This document shows positions 9,644 through 19,279 of a stretch of 64,000 nt of DNA, in pieces (positions within the stretch are counted from its first letter, which is position 1; each line of letters opens with the position of its first letter). Location: contig CAVSGP010000008.1 of the NCBI GenBank assembly GCA_963727505.1, positions 17,704-81,703 on the forward strand, read 5' to 3'. Below the pieces are notes generated by a model that was given only the letters and a program-made list of their open reading frames with translations, searched no databases and was not told where the DNA came from. The position numbers were made by a program, and so were the translations under genes. This DNA comes from an uncultured Trueperaceae bacterium (GTDB lineage Bacteria; Deinococcota; Deinococci; Deinococcales; Trueperaceae).

Positions 9644-10672
9644 TCAGCCCGCCTGGCTCGACTGCGCCCAGATGTTGATGCCGGCGTCGGTGGCGTAGCG
9701 GTCGATCTCGGCGAGTTCGTCGTCGGTGAATTGCAGGTGGTCCAGCGCCGCCACGTTCTCCTCGAGCTGGCGGACGCTGCTGGCCCCGATCAGCACCGAG
9801 GTGACGCGCGGGTCGCGCAGCACCCAGGCGAGCGCCATCTGTGCCAGCGTCTGGCCGCGGCGCTCGGCGATGTCGTTGAGCGCGCGCACCTTGTGGAGGT
9901 TCTCCTCGCGTAGGAAGTCCTCCCGGAAGCTCTCGGCGCGCTTCACGCGGGCGTCGTCGGGTACGCCGCCGAGGTACTTGTCGGTGAGCAGACCCTGCGC
10001 CAGGGGCGAGAAGGCGATGCAGCCCACGCCCTCGTCCTCCAGCGTCGGCAGCAGCTCGGGCTCGACCCAGCGGTTGAGCATCGAGTAGGAGGGCTGGTGG
10101 ATCAGGCAGGGGACGCCCATCTCGCGCAGCAGGCCGACCGCCTCGCGCGTCTTGGCCGCCGAGTACGACGAGATCCCGACGTAGAGCGCCTTGCCCTGGT
10201 GGACGGCCGAGGCCAGTGTCCCCATGGTCTCTTCCAGCGGGGTGTTGGGGTCGAAGCGGTGGGAGTAGAAGATGTCGACGTAGTCCAGTCCCATCCGCTC
10301 CAGGCTCTGGTCCAGACTGGCGGTCAGGTACTTGCGCGACCCCCACTCACCGTACGGGCCCGGCCACATCAGGTAACCCGCCTTGGTGGAGATGACGAGC
10401 TCGTCGCGGTAGGGCGCGAAGTCCTCGGCCAGGAGGCGCCCGAAGTGCGTCTCCGCGCTCCCCGGAGGTGGGCCGTAGTTGTTCGCGAGGTCGAAGTGGG
10501 TGACGCCCAGATCGAACGCGCGGCGCAGGATCGCGCGCTGCGTCTCGATGGAGCGGTCCTCGCCGAAGTTGTGCCAGAGGCCGAGCGACACCGCCGGCAG
10601 GCGTAGGCCGCTGCTGCCCGTCTGTCGGTACTGCATCCGTTGGTAGCGGTCGGGAGCGGGTTGGTAGGCCAC
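9644..10672 (-). CDS. Aldo/keto reductase, L-glyceraldehyde-3-phosphate reductase (YghZ/Gpr/MgrA) type
   Basis: SLGLWHNFG, HFDLANNYGPPPGSAE, STKAGY, IHQPSYSM. GTG start at 10672 with AGGAGG RBS. Confidence 0.9.
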   Translation of the reverse strand: MAYQPAPDRYQRMQYRQTGSSGLRLPAVSLGLWHNFGEDRSIETQRAILRRAFDLGVTHFDLANNYGPPPGSAETHFGRLLAEDFAPYRDELVISTKAGYLMWPGPYGEWGSRKYLTASLDQSLERMGLDYVDIFYSHRFDPNTPLEETMGTLASAVHQGKALYVGISSYSAAKTREAVGLLREMGVPCLIHQPSYSMLNRWVEPELLPTLEDEGVGCIAFSPLAQGLLTDKYLGGVPDDARVKRAESFREDFLREENLHKVRALNDIAERRGQTLAQMALAWVLRDPRVTSVLIGASSVRQLEENVAALDHLQFTDDELAEIDRYATDAGINIWAQSSQAG

Positions 10673-10890
10673 GGGTACCTCCTGTGCGTGCACGCGTTGG
10701 GTGCCTTCACGGGCGCTGGGTCAGGGTTTCGGCGCTGGCATTGTACGACGGGGAGGGGCGTCGTCCCGTCGGCTGCGGGCCGGCGCGTGTTCCGAGGGCG
10801 GCTTTGGCGGCCCGTGAGCTGTGCTGGCGGTGACGGCGGCCGGCTGGAGGGTGTCCGCGACGCCTGGGGTCCGATGTACAGACTGGCTTT

Positions 10891-10940
10891 CGGCTTCGGC
10901 TTCGGCTTCCGGCTGCGGCTGCGGCTGCGGCTGCGGGTGC
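10891..10940. repeat. Intergenic hexamer tandem repeat
   Basis: (CGGCTT)3 followed by (CGGCTG)4 and CGGGTG. Confidence 0.8.
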
Positions 10941-11178
10941 GCGGCGGGGTCCGGCGCCAGGCGGCCGAAACGTCGGGGGATCGGCCGTGGCGTCATGTGG
11001 CGGCGCCCGCCTCCCGCCCCTCCGAAAGCGAGGCTTAACGTTGCGACCAGGGGTCCGCGCGACCCCCCCCGTGCCCTATCGCATGGCAGCGGGCGCCGCC
11101 CGGTGGCGACGCCCGCTCGGCGTAGGTTGACGTGCGCGGGTTGACGTGCGCGGTCCCGCCCCGGTCCTCCCCGCGAAC

Positions 11179-12399
11179 CTACGGTCTGGCGGTCCCGCCC
11201 CCGGCCGGCCCGCCGGACGAACCGGACGGCGGCGCTGTCAGCCGCTGGATGGCGCCGGTCGAGCCGGCCCCGGCCGCCCCGGAGCTCCCACCGTTCGACG
11301 CCGGCTTGGCGATGAAGTCGGCCTGCTTCTTGCCGACCACGTCGCCGAGCGCCGAGCTCGAGACCTGTACGACGTAGGGGGAGTCGGAGATCCGGATCGG
11401 GTAGAAGCCCTTCTTGTCCTTGGCGCCCACCGTGATGGTGGTCGTGGTGGTGACGGGCTTGGCTGCCGGTTGGGCGGCGCTCGCAGCGGCGCCGGCCGAG
11501 CTGGTGCTGGCCGAGTTCGTGCCGCTCGAGCTGGTCCCGCTCGAGCTGGTCCCGCTCGCATCGGCGCTCTTCGCGGGCTTCACGGTCGTCAGGGTCACCA
11601 CCGCCAGAGGCTTGTCGAACGCGTAGGCGGGCTTGACGGTCTTGCCGAGCGGCTCGTCGAGTTGCAGCCTGGAGAGGCTGCCGGCGAGGGTGCTCACGGC
11701 GTGCGCGTCGAGCTGCTTGCCGCTGGGAAGGCCCTGCATGGACCAGCCGCTCTTGGCGTGCGTGAACACGAAGTCCCCGTTGGCGTTGCGGACCTCCATG
11801 CGCGTGAGGTTGGCCGGGTCGAGGCTGAGCACGGTGGTGTCGACGTAGCCGGAGGGATCGCTGCGTGCGTCGCTGGCGTGCAGCGCGTGCGTGACGTAGA
11901 CGCCCTTGGCGCTGGCGAGGCGGACGTGGGTGCTGCCGTAACTCGGCTCCGAGCCGATGAGGAGGGTCTCGCTGCCGCCGCTCTTGAGCGTCAGATCGAC
12001 CTTCTTCTGGTAGGTGTCCTTGGTCACCTTCAGGCGCTTGTAGGCGTCCGCGGTGGTGGCCACCAGGCCGCTGCGTTGCAGGCCCACGAGCTGCTGCAGG
12101 AAGCTCTTCACGCGGGTTCCCTGCGCCGGGTACCCGCCCTGGTCAGGAAGCACCCAGTTGGTGCCGTCGCGCTTGAGGGTGACGCTCTTGCCGTCCGAGC
12201 CGGTCACCGTGAAGGCGTCGATGTTCGCGACGGTGACGTCCTTGCCCAGCAGCGGTCCGGAGCTGGTCTTGGGCGGCCGTGCCACGGTGAGCAGCACCAG
12301 CGCGAGTAGCCCGAGCTGCACCAGGGCAAGGACGGCCAGCCCCAGGTTGCCGCGCCGGGTTGCGGCGGGCGCGCGCAGGGTCCTGCTGGCGGCGCTCAC
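11179..12399 (-). CDS. DUF4340-domain membrane-anchored protein (Gld-type ABC accessory)
   Basis: GTG start overlapping the upstream stop, GGAGG RBS; single N-terminal TM helix; W...YPA motif and repeated 'TLLIG' elements; lies downstream of the GldG-type gene. Confidence 0.75.
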   Translation of the reverse strand: MSAASRTLRAPAATRRGNLGLAVLALVQLGLLALVLLTVARPPKTSSGPLLGKDVTVANIDAFTVTGSDGKSVTLKRDGTNWVLPDQGGYPAQGTRVKSFLQQLVGLQRSGLVATTADAYKRLKVTKDTYQKKVDLTLKSGGSETLLIGSEPSYGSTHVRLASAKGVYVTHALHASDARSDPSGYVDTTVLSLDPANLTRMEVRNANGDFVFTHAKSGWSMQGLPSGKQLDAHAVSTLAGSLSRLQLDEPLGKTVKPAYAFDKPLAVVTLTTVKPAKSADASGTSSSGTSSSGTNSASTSSAGAAASAAQPAAKPVTTTTTITVGAKDKKGFYPIRISDSPYVVQVSSSALGDVVGKKQADFIAKPASNGGSSGAAGAGSTGAIQRLTAPPSGSSGGPAGGGTARP

Positions 12400-15359
12400 G
12401 ACTGACCTCCCAGGGCGCGGTTCGTGGGGGCGGTCCCGCCGACGCCCAAGATGGGCGAGCGCCTGCGCTTGCGCCACTGCCAGATGCCGGCGATCAGCAC
12501 CAGCGCGAGCAGCGCGAAGACGTAGTTGCCGACCTCCCAGCCGGTCTCCTGCGCTTGCGTCAGGTGCTCGAGCACGCGCGTGGTGGCGCCGCTGGCGCGG
12601 ATGCCGAGCAGGCTGGCGTCCTCGGTCGACCAGTCGACGGCGTTCTGCAGGAGCTTCAGGTCCTCCCCCGAGAGGTTCTGGCTGAGGCGCGAAGCGAGGT
12701 TCAGCACGGTGTCGTTTACGATCTCGCCGGAGCCGATCACGACCAGGCGGGCGTTGTCCGGCGACGAGGCGATGACGCCGACCTGGCCGGACGAGCTGGA
12801 GCTCGAGGCCGCAGAGCTCGAGCCCGCAGAGCTCGAGCCGCTGGAGCTCGAAGCGTTCGAGCCGCTGTTCCCACTACTGCCGCTACCCTGCAGCGGGTCC
12901 TTCTTGCCCTTGAAGTAGCTCGTGAACGAGCCGCGCACGGCGACCGCCAGCGGGTAGGCCTTCTGCGTCTTGCCCACCGGGAAGCCGTGCTTCGGGTAGC
13001 TCTGGAAGTCCGGGATGATGTTGGTGCTCTGCGAGGTCCAGGCGTTGGGGCTCGACGACAGCAGCACGTCCACCTTGCGCGCGCCGCTCGATCCCTTCTG
13101 CACGGTCAGTGGCGACGCCCACGGCACCGTCACCGCCGGCAGGCTGGAGGTGATGGGCGAGGACCGGTCCATGCTGCTCGGGCGCACGTCGACGAAGAAG
13201 GGGTAGTCGACGGCCTGCACCTCCTGCACCGGCACGCCGCCGACGTTGTGCGGCACCACCACCGGGAACTGCGTGTTCTGCGTGTCCATCACCACCGAGT
13301 CGCCCACGGTGACGCCGTAGCTCTTCAGCATGTCGGCCAGGCCGCCCTGCACCTTCTTCAGCGCGAGCTGGCCGGAGTAGGGCTGCTGGGTGAGAGCGTA
13401 GTTGCCGCCCGCCACCACCACCGAGCCGCCGCGCATCAGGAACTGGTCGACGGCGAAGCGCTGCTTGGCGTTCATGCCCTGGGGTGACAGCAGCAGCAGG
13501 GTGTCGACGTCGTTGGGAACGGTACCGTTCGACAGCGACACGTTCTCCACCTTGTAGTCCTTCTGGAGCTGCTTCTGGATGAGCTGCGTCTTGTAGATCT
13601 GTTGTTGCTGCCGGGCGTAGGGGCTGCGGCCTGCGGGCGGGGGCGTCCACAGCCCGACCACCTTCAGGAAGCCGGAGGTGGAACGCTTCAGCGCCGCGGT
13701 GACGGCGTCCTTCACGGTCTTCTGGCTGAAGCTCCCGGACGGTACCACCACCTGGCTCTTGCCGTTCACGGTGAGCAGCATCTGCAGGTAGTAGGTGTCG
13801 TTGGAGAGCAGGCCGGCCGGGATGGGCTGGATGCCGTATTGCTGCTGCAGCTGCTGGGGCGTGTAGGGGGCGTTGGCGGAGCGGGGGTCCACCTGCTGGA
13901 AGGCGAACTGGCCCTTGGCGCCGCTCTCGATGGAGTCTGCCACCTTCTTGACGATGCCGGGGGCGTCCTGCAGGTTCTGCGGGAGCGACTTCGGTGTCGC
14001 CAGCAGCGTCAGCTTGGCAGGCTGCTTGAGCGAGGCCAGCACCGTGTCGACGTCGCTGAAGCCGGCCACGTCCTTCTTGATGGCGCGCGTGAGGTTGTAC
14101 TCGAGGTTGTTGAGCTCGACGTTGGGCGTGCCGCCGGTCGGGTTGGAGGTCACGTTGATGAGGTCGCTGAGCTTGAGCACCTGGGTCTGGTCGCCGTAGC
14201 GCACCAGGATCGCGAAGTAGGCGTTCACGACCGACGACTGGTAGCGGTTCGCCACCTGGAAGGGATGCGGCTGGATGCCGTAGTCCTGGTTGGCGGTCTG
14301 TTCGATCTTGGGGTTGGTGGAGGGATCGACCACCTCGGCCTTGACGCGCCCGTGTGAGGCGACCTGGTACTCGTGTAGCATGTCCGCTACCTGCGGGATG
14401 AGAGGCTTGAGGAGCGGGTGGGTGTCCTTGCTGATGTAGGCGCGAATGAGCAGCGGTTGCTGCAGCGAGTCGAGCAGGTCGTGCGTGGTGGCCGACAGGC
14501 TGTAGCGGTGGCTCTGCGTCATGTCGACGCGCAGACTGGAGAGCGGCAGCATCCAACCATTGAGCAGGATCAGGTTGAGCGCGACCAGGCCCACGCCCAA
14601 CAGCCGGGCGTTGCGGTAGGGGCGGGTCATGGCGGTGCCGCTCCAGCGCTTGGCGTCGAGCGACAGCACGTTGAGCGCCAGGAACAGCCCGGCGAGGGAG
14701 AGGTAGAAGGCGAGGTCGCGCAGGTCGAGAACGCCGCGCTCGATGGACTGGAAGTGGGTGGTGGTGGAGAGCTCTCGGAAGACGGCGGCGACGCCGTTGG
14801 GCACGAAGTCGAGCACGGCGTTGGTGCCGATCAGGTAGAACGCTCCGCCGATCAGCAGCGTCACGATGAGCGACACGATCTGGTTGTCGCTGCGCGAGGA
14901 CACGAACAGGCCGATGGCGGCGTAGGCGGCGGCCATCAGCAGGGCGGCGACGTAGCCGCCGATGACGGGCCCCCAGTCGAGGTTGCCCAGCAGCGCCACG
15001 GTGATCGGCAGGCTGACGGTGAGCGCCAGCGCCACCGTCACGAGCGTCATCACGGCCAGGAACTTGCCGAGCACCAGCCGCCAGGCGTCGACCGGCAGGG
15101 TGAGCAGCATCTCGAGGGTGCCGGAGCGCTGCTCTTCGCTCCACTGCCGCATCGTCAAGGCGGCGACGAGGAACACCAGCAGGAGCGGCATCCAGGTGAA
15201 GAGCGGGCGCACGTCGGCGATGCCGCGCGCGAAGAAGGTGGCCACCCAGAAGAACACGAAGAAGGTGACCAGCAGGAAGGTGCCCATGAAGATGAGCGCC
15301 AGGGGCGACCCGAAGGCGCTCGAGAGCTCCTTCTTGGCGATGGCGACGGTCTGTCGCAA
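12396..15359 (-). CDS. Fused ABC-2 permease (GldF-like) and GldG-family auxiliary domain
   Basis: SEEQRSGTLEMLLTLP, LGKFLA, RGVLDLRD, then DMTQSHRYSLS, LEYNLT, DQFLMRGG and a C-terminal TM. TTG start with GGAGG RBS. Confidence 0.88.
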   Translation of the reverse strand: MRQTVAIAKKELSSAFGSPLALIFMGTFLLVTFFVFFWVATFFARGIADVRPLFTWMPLLLVFLVAALTMRQWSEEQRSGTLEMLLTLPVDAWRLVLGKFLAVMTLVTVALALTVSLPITVALLGNLDWGPVIGGYVAALLMAAAYAAIGLFVSSRSDNQIVSLIVTLLIGGAFYLIGTNAVLDFVPNGVAAVFRELSTTTHFQSIERGVLDLRDLAFYLSLAGLFLALNVLSLDAKRWSGTAMTRPYRNARLLGVGLVALNLILLNGWMLPLSSLRVDMTQSHRYSLSATTHDLLDSLQQPLLIRAYISKDTHPLLKPLIPQVADMLHEYQVASHGRVKAEVVDPSTNPKIEQTANQDYGIQPHPFQVANRYQSSVVNAYFAILVRYGDQTQVLKLSDLINVTSNPTGGTPNVELNNLEYNLTRAIKKDVAGFSDVDTVLASLKQPAKLTLLATPKSLPQNLQDAPGIVKKVADSIESGAKGQFAFQQVDPRSANAPYTPQQLQQQYGIQPIPAGLLSNDTYYLQMLLTVNGKSQVVVPSGSFSQKTVKDAVTAALKRSTSGFLKVVGLWTPPPAGRSPYARQQQQIYKTQLIQKQLQKDYKVENVSLSNGTVPNDVDTLLLLSPQGMNAKQRFAVDQFLMRGGSVVVAGGNYALTQQPYSGQLALKKVQGGLADMLKSYGVTVGDSVVMDTQNTQFPVVVPHNVGGVPVQEVQAVDYPFFVDVRPSSMDRSSPITSSLPAVTVPWASPLTVQKGSSGARKVDVLLSSSPNAWTSQSTNIIPDFQSYPKHGFPVGKTQKAYPLAVAVRGSFTSYFKGKKDPLQGSGSSGNSGSNASSSSGSSSAGSSSAASSSSSSGQVGVIASSPDNARLVVIGSGEIVNDTVLNLASRLSQNLSGEDLKLLQNAVDWSTEDASLLGIRASGATTRVLEHLTQAQETGWEVGNYVFALLALVLIAGIWQWRKRRRSPILGVGGTAPTNRALGGQS

Positions 15360-15371
15360 GTCTCTACCTCC

Positions 15372-16343
15372 CTAGGCGGGGGACGTCGTGGGCGACGTCG
15401 TGGGCGACGGCGTGGGCGCGCTGTCGCGGGCCAGTTCGTTGAACACCGTCTCCAACGTGCGGGTCTCGCGGTGCAGCTCCTGCAGCGGCCAGTTGTGCCG
15501 CTTGGCGAGCTCGAAGATGGCGGGACACAGGTCGCGGTCGTCCTCCGCGTGCACCACGTATGCCACCCGGCCGTCGCCGACGGTGCCCGGCTGGACGCCG
15601 CTCGCGCCGGGCAGGCCGCGAAGCGCGTCGCTCACCGACGGGTCGGCGGCCGTGCCCCCTAGCACCAGCCGTGCCGTGCCGCTCCGGGACAGCTCGGAGA
15701 GCTGCGCGTCGGCGCGAATCACGCCGCCCATGATCATCACGGCGCGGTCGCACAGTGCCTCCACCTCGGGCAGGATGTGGCTGGAGAAGAGCACGGTGCT
15801 GGTCTTGGCCAGGGTCCGCACGAGCTGCCGGATCTCGGCGAGCTGGGTCGGGTCGAGCCCGACGGTAGGCTCGTCGAGGATGAGCAACTTGGGCCGGTGC
15901 AGGATGGCCTGCGCGATCCCCACCCGCTGGCGGTAGCCCTTGGAGAGTTGTTGGATGGGACGGGTGAGCATGGGTCCCAGCCCGGTCGCCCGGATGGCGT
16001 CGGAGAGCGACTTCGTCTGCTGCGCGCGGGGGATGCGCCGCACGTCGGCCATCATCAGCAGGTACTCCTGTACCGTCAGCTCGGGGTAGAGGGGCGCGTT
16101 CTCGGGCAGGTAGCCGATGCGCTCCTGCGCCTGGCGGCGCTCCAGGAGCACGTCGAAGTCCTCGATGCTGACCTGTCCGCTGTCGGGCTGCAGGTAGCCG
16201 GTCAGGACCTTCATGAGGGTGGACTTGCCGGCGCCGTTGGGGCCGAGCAGGCCCACGATGGTGCCCGCCTCGATCCGGAAGCTCACGTCTTGCAGAGCCC
16301 GCACCGCGCCGTATGATTTGGTTACGTTCCGAACGTCGACCAA
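15372..16343 (-). CDS. ABC transporter ATP-binding protein (GldA-like)
   Basis: GPNGAGKST, LSKGYRQRVG, LDEPTVGLDP, SSHIL. TTG start at 16343 with GGAGG. Confidence 0.92.
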   Translation of the reverse strand: MVDVRNVTKSYGAVRALQDVSFRIEAGTIVGLLGPNGAGKSTLMKVLTGYLQPDSGQVSIEDFDVLLERRQAQERIGYLPENAPLYPELTVQEYLLMMADVRRIPRAQQTKSLSDAIRATGLGPMLTRPIQQLSKGYRQRVGIAQAILHRPKLLILDEPTVGLDPTQLAEIRQLVRTLAKTSTVLFSSHILPEVEALCDRAVMIMGGVIRADAQLSELSRSGTARLVLGGTAADPSVSDALRGLPGASGVQPGTVGDGRVAYVVHAEDDRDLCPAIFELAKRHNWPLQELHRETRTLETVFNELARDSAPTPSPTTSPTTSPA

Positions 16344-16667
16344 GTTGAACCTCCCGACTCTGCGGTCGTCGTTGCGCCTAGAGGCGGTGTCGGCGGAGGC
16401 TTCGGGTGCCGGCGGCGCCGGCGTGGCCCCCACGGGACCGTGGCCGCGCGCTGCCGGCCGAGTTTTTCGCCGTCACCCAAGTGGTTTACCAAATTTCAGA
16501 TGAAAGTTGGACCAGGGTTTCGTGAAATTGTTGAGTACGCTCGCCCCGGCCGAGGCCCGCGAGGCGGTACGACACGCGCCGCGGCCAGAAGGGCGGCCGC
16601 TCCGTAGAATGCAAGGAGCGCCTCGCACAAGCCGTCCAGATCGGTCGGCCACCGCACGCAACAGGAG

Positions 16668-19232
16668 ATGACGCGCATGTCGCTGGTCCGTAGCCCCTTC
16701 GTCCCCTCGCTCGTCCTCAGCGGCCTCGCGCTGCTGGTGCTGGCCTGGGTGGCGTGGGTCCGCCGTCGCGACGTGCGCGGCGGGCGGGCGTTGGCCCTGC
16801 TTGCCGCGCTCGGCGCGTGTTGGGCGGGGGCGCTCGCGTTGTGGGTGGCAGCGGGGAGCGGGGCCACTGGCGAAGCGGGTCTGCGGCTGCAGGCGGCCGC
16901 CGGCGTGCTGGTGCCGTGGGCTCTCCTGGCCTTCGCCGTTCGTGCCACGCGGCTGCTCGAGCACGGGGACGCGCTGCTGTGGGGGCTGGCCGTCCCTTCG
17001 CTGGCGGCCGCCGCGCTCGCCTTCGGCCCGGTCGGCGGCCTGGGGCTGTGGCGAGCCGAAGGCGAGCGCGCCGCCCTCGGCGGTTCGCTGTGGGTCGGCG
17101 AGGCGAGTCTCTACGGCAACCTTGTGGGCGCCTACGACGCGGTCCTGGTGGCGGCCGCAGTGGCCTTCCTGGCGCTGGCCGTGGTGCGCGCCCCGGCGTC
17201 GCGGCGCCCCCCGCACGCCTGGACGCTGGCCGGTGTGGCGCTGCCGGTCGCCGCCGCCGCGGCGGTCGGGCTGGTTGCGGCGTTCGCGCCCTCCGCGCTC
17301 CCCGCGGCGTTGGCGCTGCTGCCGCCGGCGGCGTTCCTGCTGGCACCGGCGGCCCTGGCTGTCGCGCACGGCCTGTTCGGCGAGGTGCGGACGCACGCCG
17401 GCGACGAGGAGGGCGAGGGGCCCGTTCCCGGCGCTGCCGCGGTGGGCTTGCATCGGGGCGCGTTGGTGGACCACCTCGAGCAGCCCGTGCTGCTTCTCGA
17501 CGGAGCGTCGCGCGTGCGTTACGCCAACGCGGCGGCCACGCGGTTGTTCCATCGCGACGGGGACCTGCTGGGCACGCCCGCCGAAGCCCTCTTCCGCGAC
17601 CTCCCCGGGGTGCTGGCCGCGCTGTCCCGGCGCCGGAGCGCCGTGCAGGAGATCGAGCTGCCACGCGCCGGCGGTTCCCGACGCTTCGAGGCGTGGCTCA
17701 CGCCGCTGACCGAGGCCAGCGGGCGGCATGGCGGGACGCTGCTGGCGCTCGTCGACAGCGCTCGGCTGCACAGGGCCGAAGCTGCCTCGGAGGAGGTGGA
17801 GGCCCAGGCCCGGCGCCACGAGGCGCTGCTCGAGGCGCTCCACGAGGCGCTCCGCGCCATCGGCAGGGGCGAGACGCTAGGACTGCTGCTCGACATCGTG
17901 CTGACCAGCGCCGCAAGCGCGCTCGAGGCGCCGCACGCCGCGCTCTACCTGCACGACCCGGCCGCCGACGTGTTGCGCCGGCGCACCGCCGTCGGCGGCT
18001 TCGAGGCCCTGGAGGAGCCGCCGCTGCGGCGCGAGGAGGGGCTGGCGGGCGAGGCCTGGGCGACCTCCTCGGTGGTGCCGGCGGAGGCGTTCCCCGCCGA
18101 CGGCGGGGATGCGAACGGAGGCGAGGCCTGGGCGGGCGCCGCCGTGGCGGTGCCGTTGCGGCTCGGCGGCCGCACCTTCGGGGTGCTGCTGGTCGCGCGC
18201 CCGCGCGCCGACCACAGGCCCTTCGTAACCGACGAGGTGGACGCCCTGCAGCGCTTCGCGGAGCTGGCGGCGATCGCGGTCCGGGACGCGCGGGCACGCG
18301 AACGCGCCGAGGGCGCCGAGGAGGAGCTGGCGTGGCTGGACCGGCTCGACGCGGCCATCGCGCGGCAGGCGCCCGACACCGCGGTGCTCGACCTTGCCCT
18401 CACCGCGGCGCAGCAGGTCGCCGGACTCGAGCGGGCGGTGGTGTGGCTACCGTCGGCGGACGGCCGGGCGCTGCAGGCGGGCGCCTGGCTGGGGCTCGAG
18501 CTTGGCCCCGAATCGACGCAGCGCGTGCTGCTGGACGGCTCCGCGCCGCTTCTCGAGGACGCCTTCTTGGGCGGCCACGAGATCGTGCTGCAGGGGGGCG
18601 GGCCGCTTCCGCAACGGCTGCGGCCGACCGGTCCGGCGGCGGTTTCGCCGCTGATGCGGCCGAGCTGGCCGACCGTGCTGCCGCTGCGCGGCTCGGGCGG
18701 CGTGGTGGGCGTGCTGGTGGCCGACGACCACCGTCAGGGGGCCGACCTCGAGCCGCGCCTGCGGGCGCTGCGGCGCATCGCCGCACGTGCGGGCCAGGCC
18801 CTCGACCGGGCGCGGCTGCACGACGAGGCGCAGTGTCAAGCGGCCGCCGTGGGGCGGGCCGAGGCACAGCTCCACGGTGTGCTGGCCGCCCGCGAGGCCC
18901 TCCTCGACGCCCTCCCCGTCGCCTACTTCGAGACCGATCTTCGTGGTGAGCTGACGCGCGCCTCACCCGAGTTGGCGCGCCTGGCCGGCTTCGACGAGGC
19001 GGTGCTGCGCGGCATCTACCTGGGTGACCTGGCAGCGTCCGGCGGAGAGGGGGCGCTGACCGAGCTGTTCGGGCGCGTACTGCGCAGCGGTCGCGTCGCC
19101 CGCCGCGCATCGTGGGCGCTGCTCGCGCGTCGCGGCGGCGCCCTGCCGGTGGAGCTGTCGATCGGCCTGTTACGGGGCCCGACCGGCGAGGCGGCGGGGT
19201 ACTTCGGGCTCGTGACGCCGCGCGCTCGCTAG
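16668..19232 (+). CDS. Membrane sensor: 7TM (HisKA_7TM-like)-PAS-GAF-GAF-PAS, no recognisable output domain
   Basis: AGGAG RBS; about 7 hydrophobic segments; PAS (VLLLDGASRVRYANAAA); GAF (EGLAG...AVPL...GVL); second GAF; C-terminal PAS. Confidence 0.7.
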   Translation: MTRMSLVRSPFVPSLVLSGLALLVLAWVAWVRRRDVRGGRALALLAALGACWAGALALWVAAGSGATGEAGLRLQAAAGVLVPWALLAFAVRATRLLEHGDALLWGLAVPSLAAAALAFGPVGGLGLWRAEGERAALGGSLWVGEASLYGNLVGAYDAVLVAAAVAFLALAVVRAPASRRPPHAWTLAGVALPVAAAAAVGLVAAFAPSALPAALALLPPAAFLLAPAALAVAHGLFGEVRTHAGDEEGEGPVPGAAAVGLHRGALVDHLEQPVLLLDGASRVRYANAAATRLFHRDGDLLGTPAEALFRDLPGVLAALSRRRSAVQEIELPRAGGSRRFEAWLTPLTEASGRHGGTLLALVDSARLHRAEAASEEVEAQARRHEALLEALHEALRAIGRGETLGLLLDIVLTSAASALEAPHAALYLHDPAADVLRRRTAVGGFEALEEPPLRREEGLAGEAWATSSVVPAEAFPADGGDANGGEAWAGAAVAVPLRLGGRTFGVLLVARPRADHRPFVTDEVDALQRFAELAAIAVRDARARERAEGAEEELAWLDRLDAAIARQAPDTAVLDLALTAAQQVAGLERAVVWLPSADGRALQAGAWLGLELGPESTQRVLLDGSAPLLEDAFLGGHEIVLQGGGPLPQRLRPTGPAAVSPLMRPSWPTVLPLRGSGGVVGVLVADDHRQGADLEPRLRALRRIAARAGQALDRARLHDEAQCQAAAVGRAEAQLHGVLAAREALLDALPVAYFETDLRGELTRASPELARLAGFDEAVLRGIYLGDLAASGGEGALTELFGRVLRSGRVARRASWALLARRGGALPVELSIGLLRGPTGEAAGYFGLVTPRAR

Positions 19233-19279
19233 CTCTCCGGGCGCGTCTGCGACGGCGCAAATGCTACGCTGAGCGCAAC

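Noticed and set aside
10721..10996. 91-aa ORF with PQPQ/EAEA repeats
   Set aside because: Explained by the hexamer microsatellite; no RBS or domain support.
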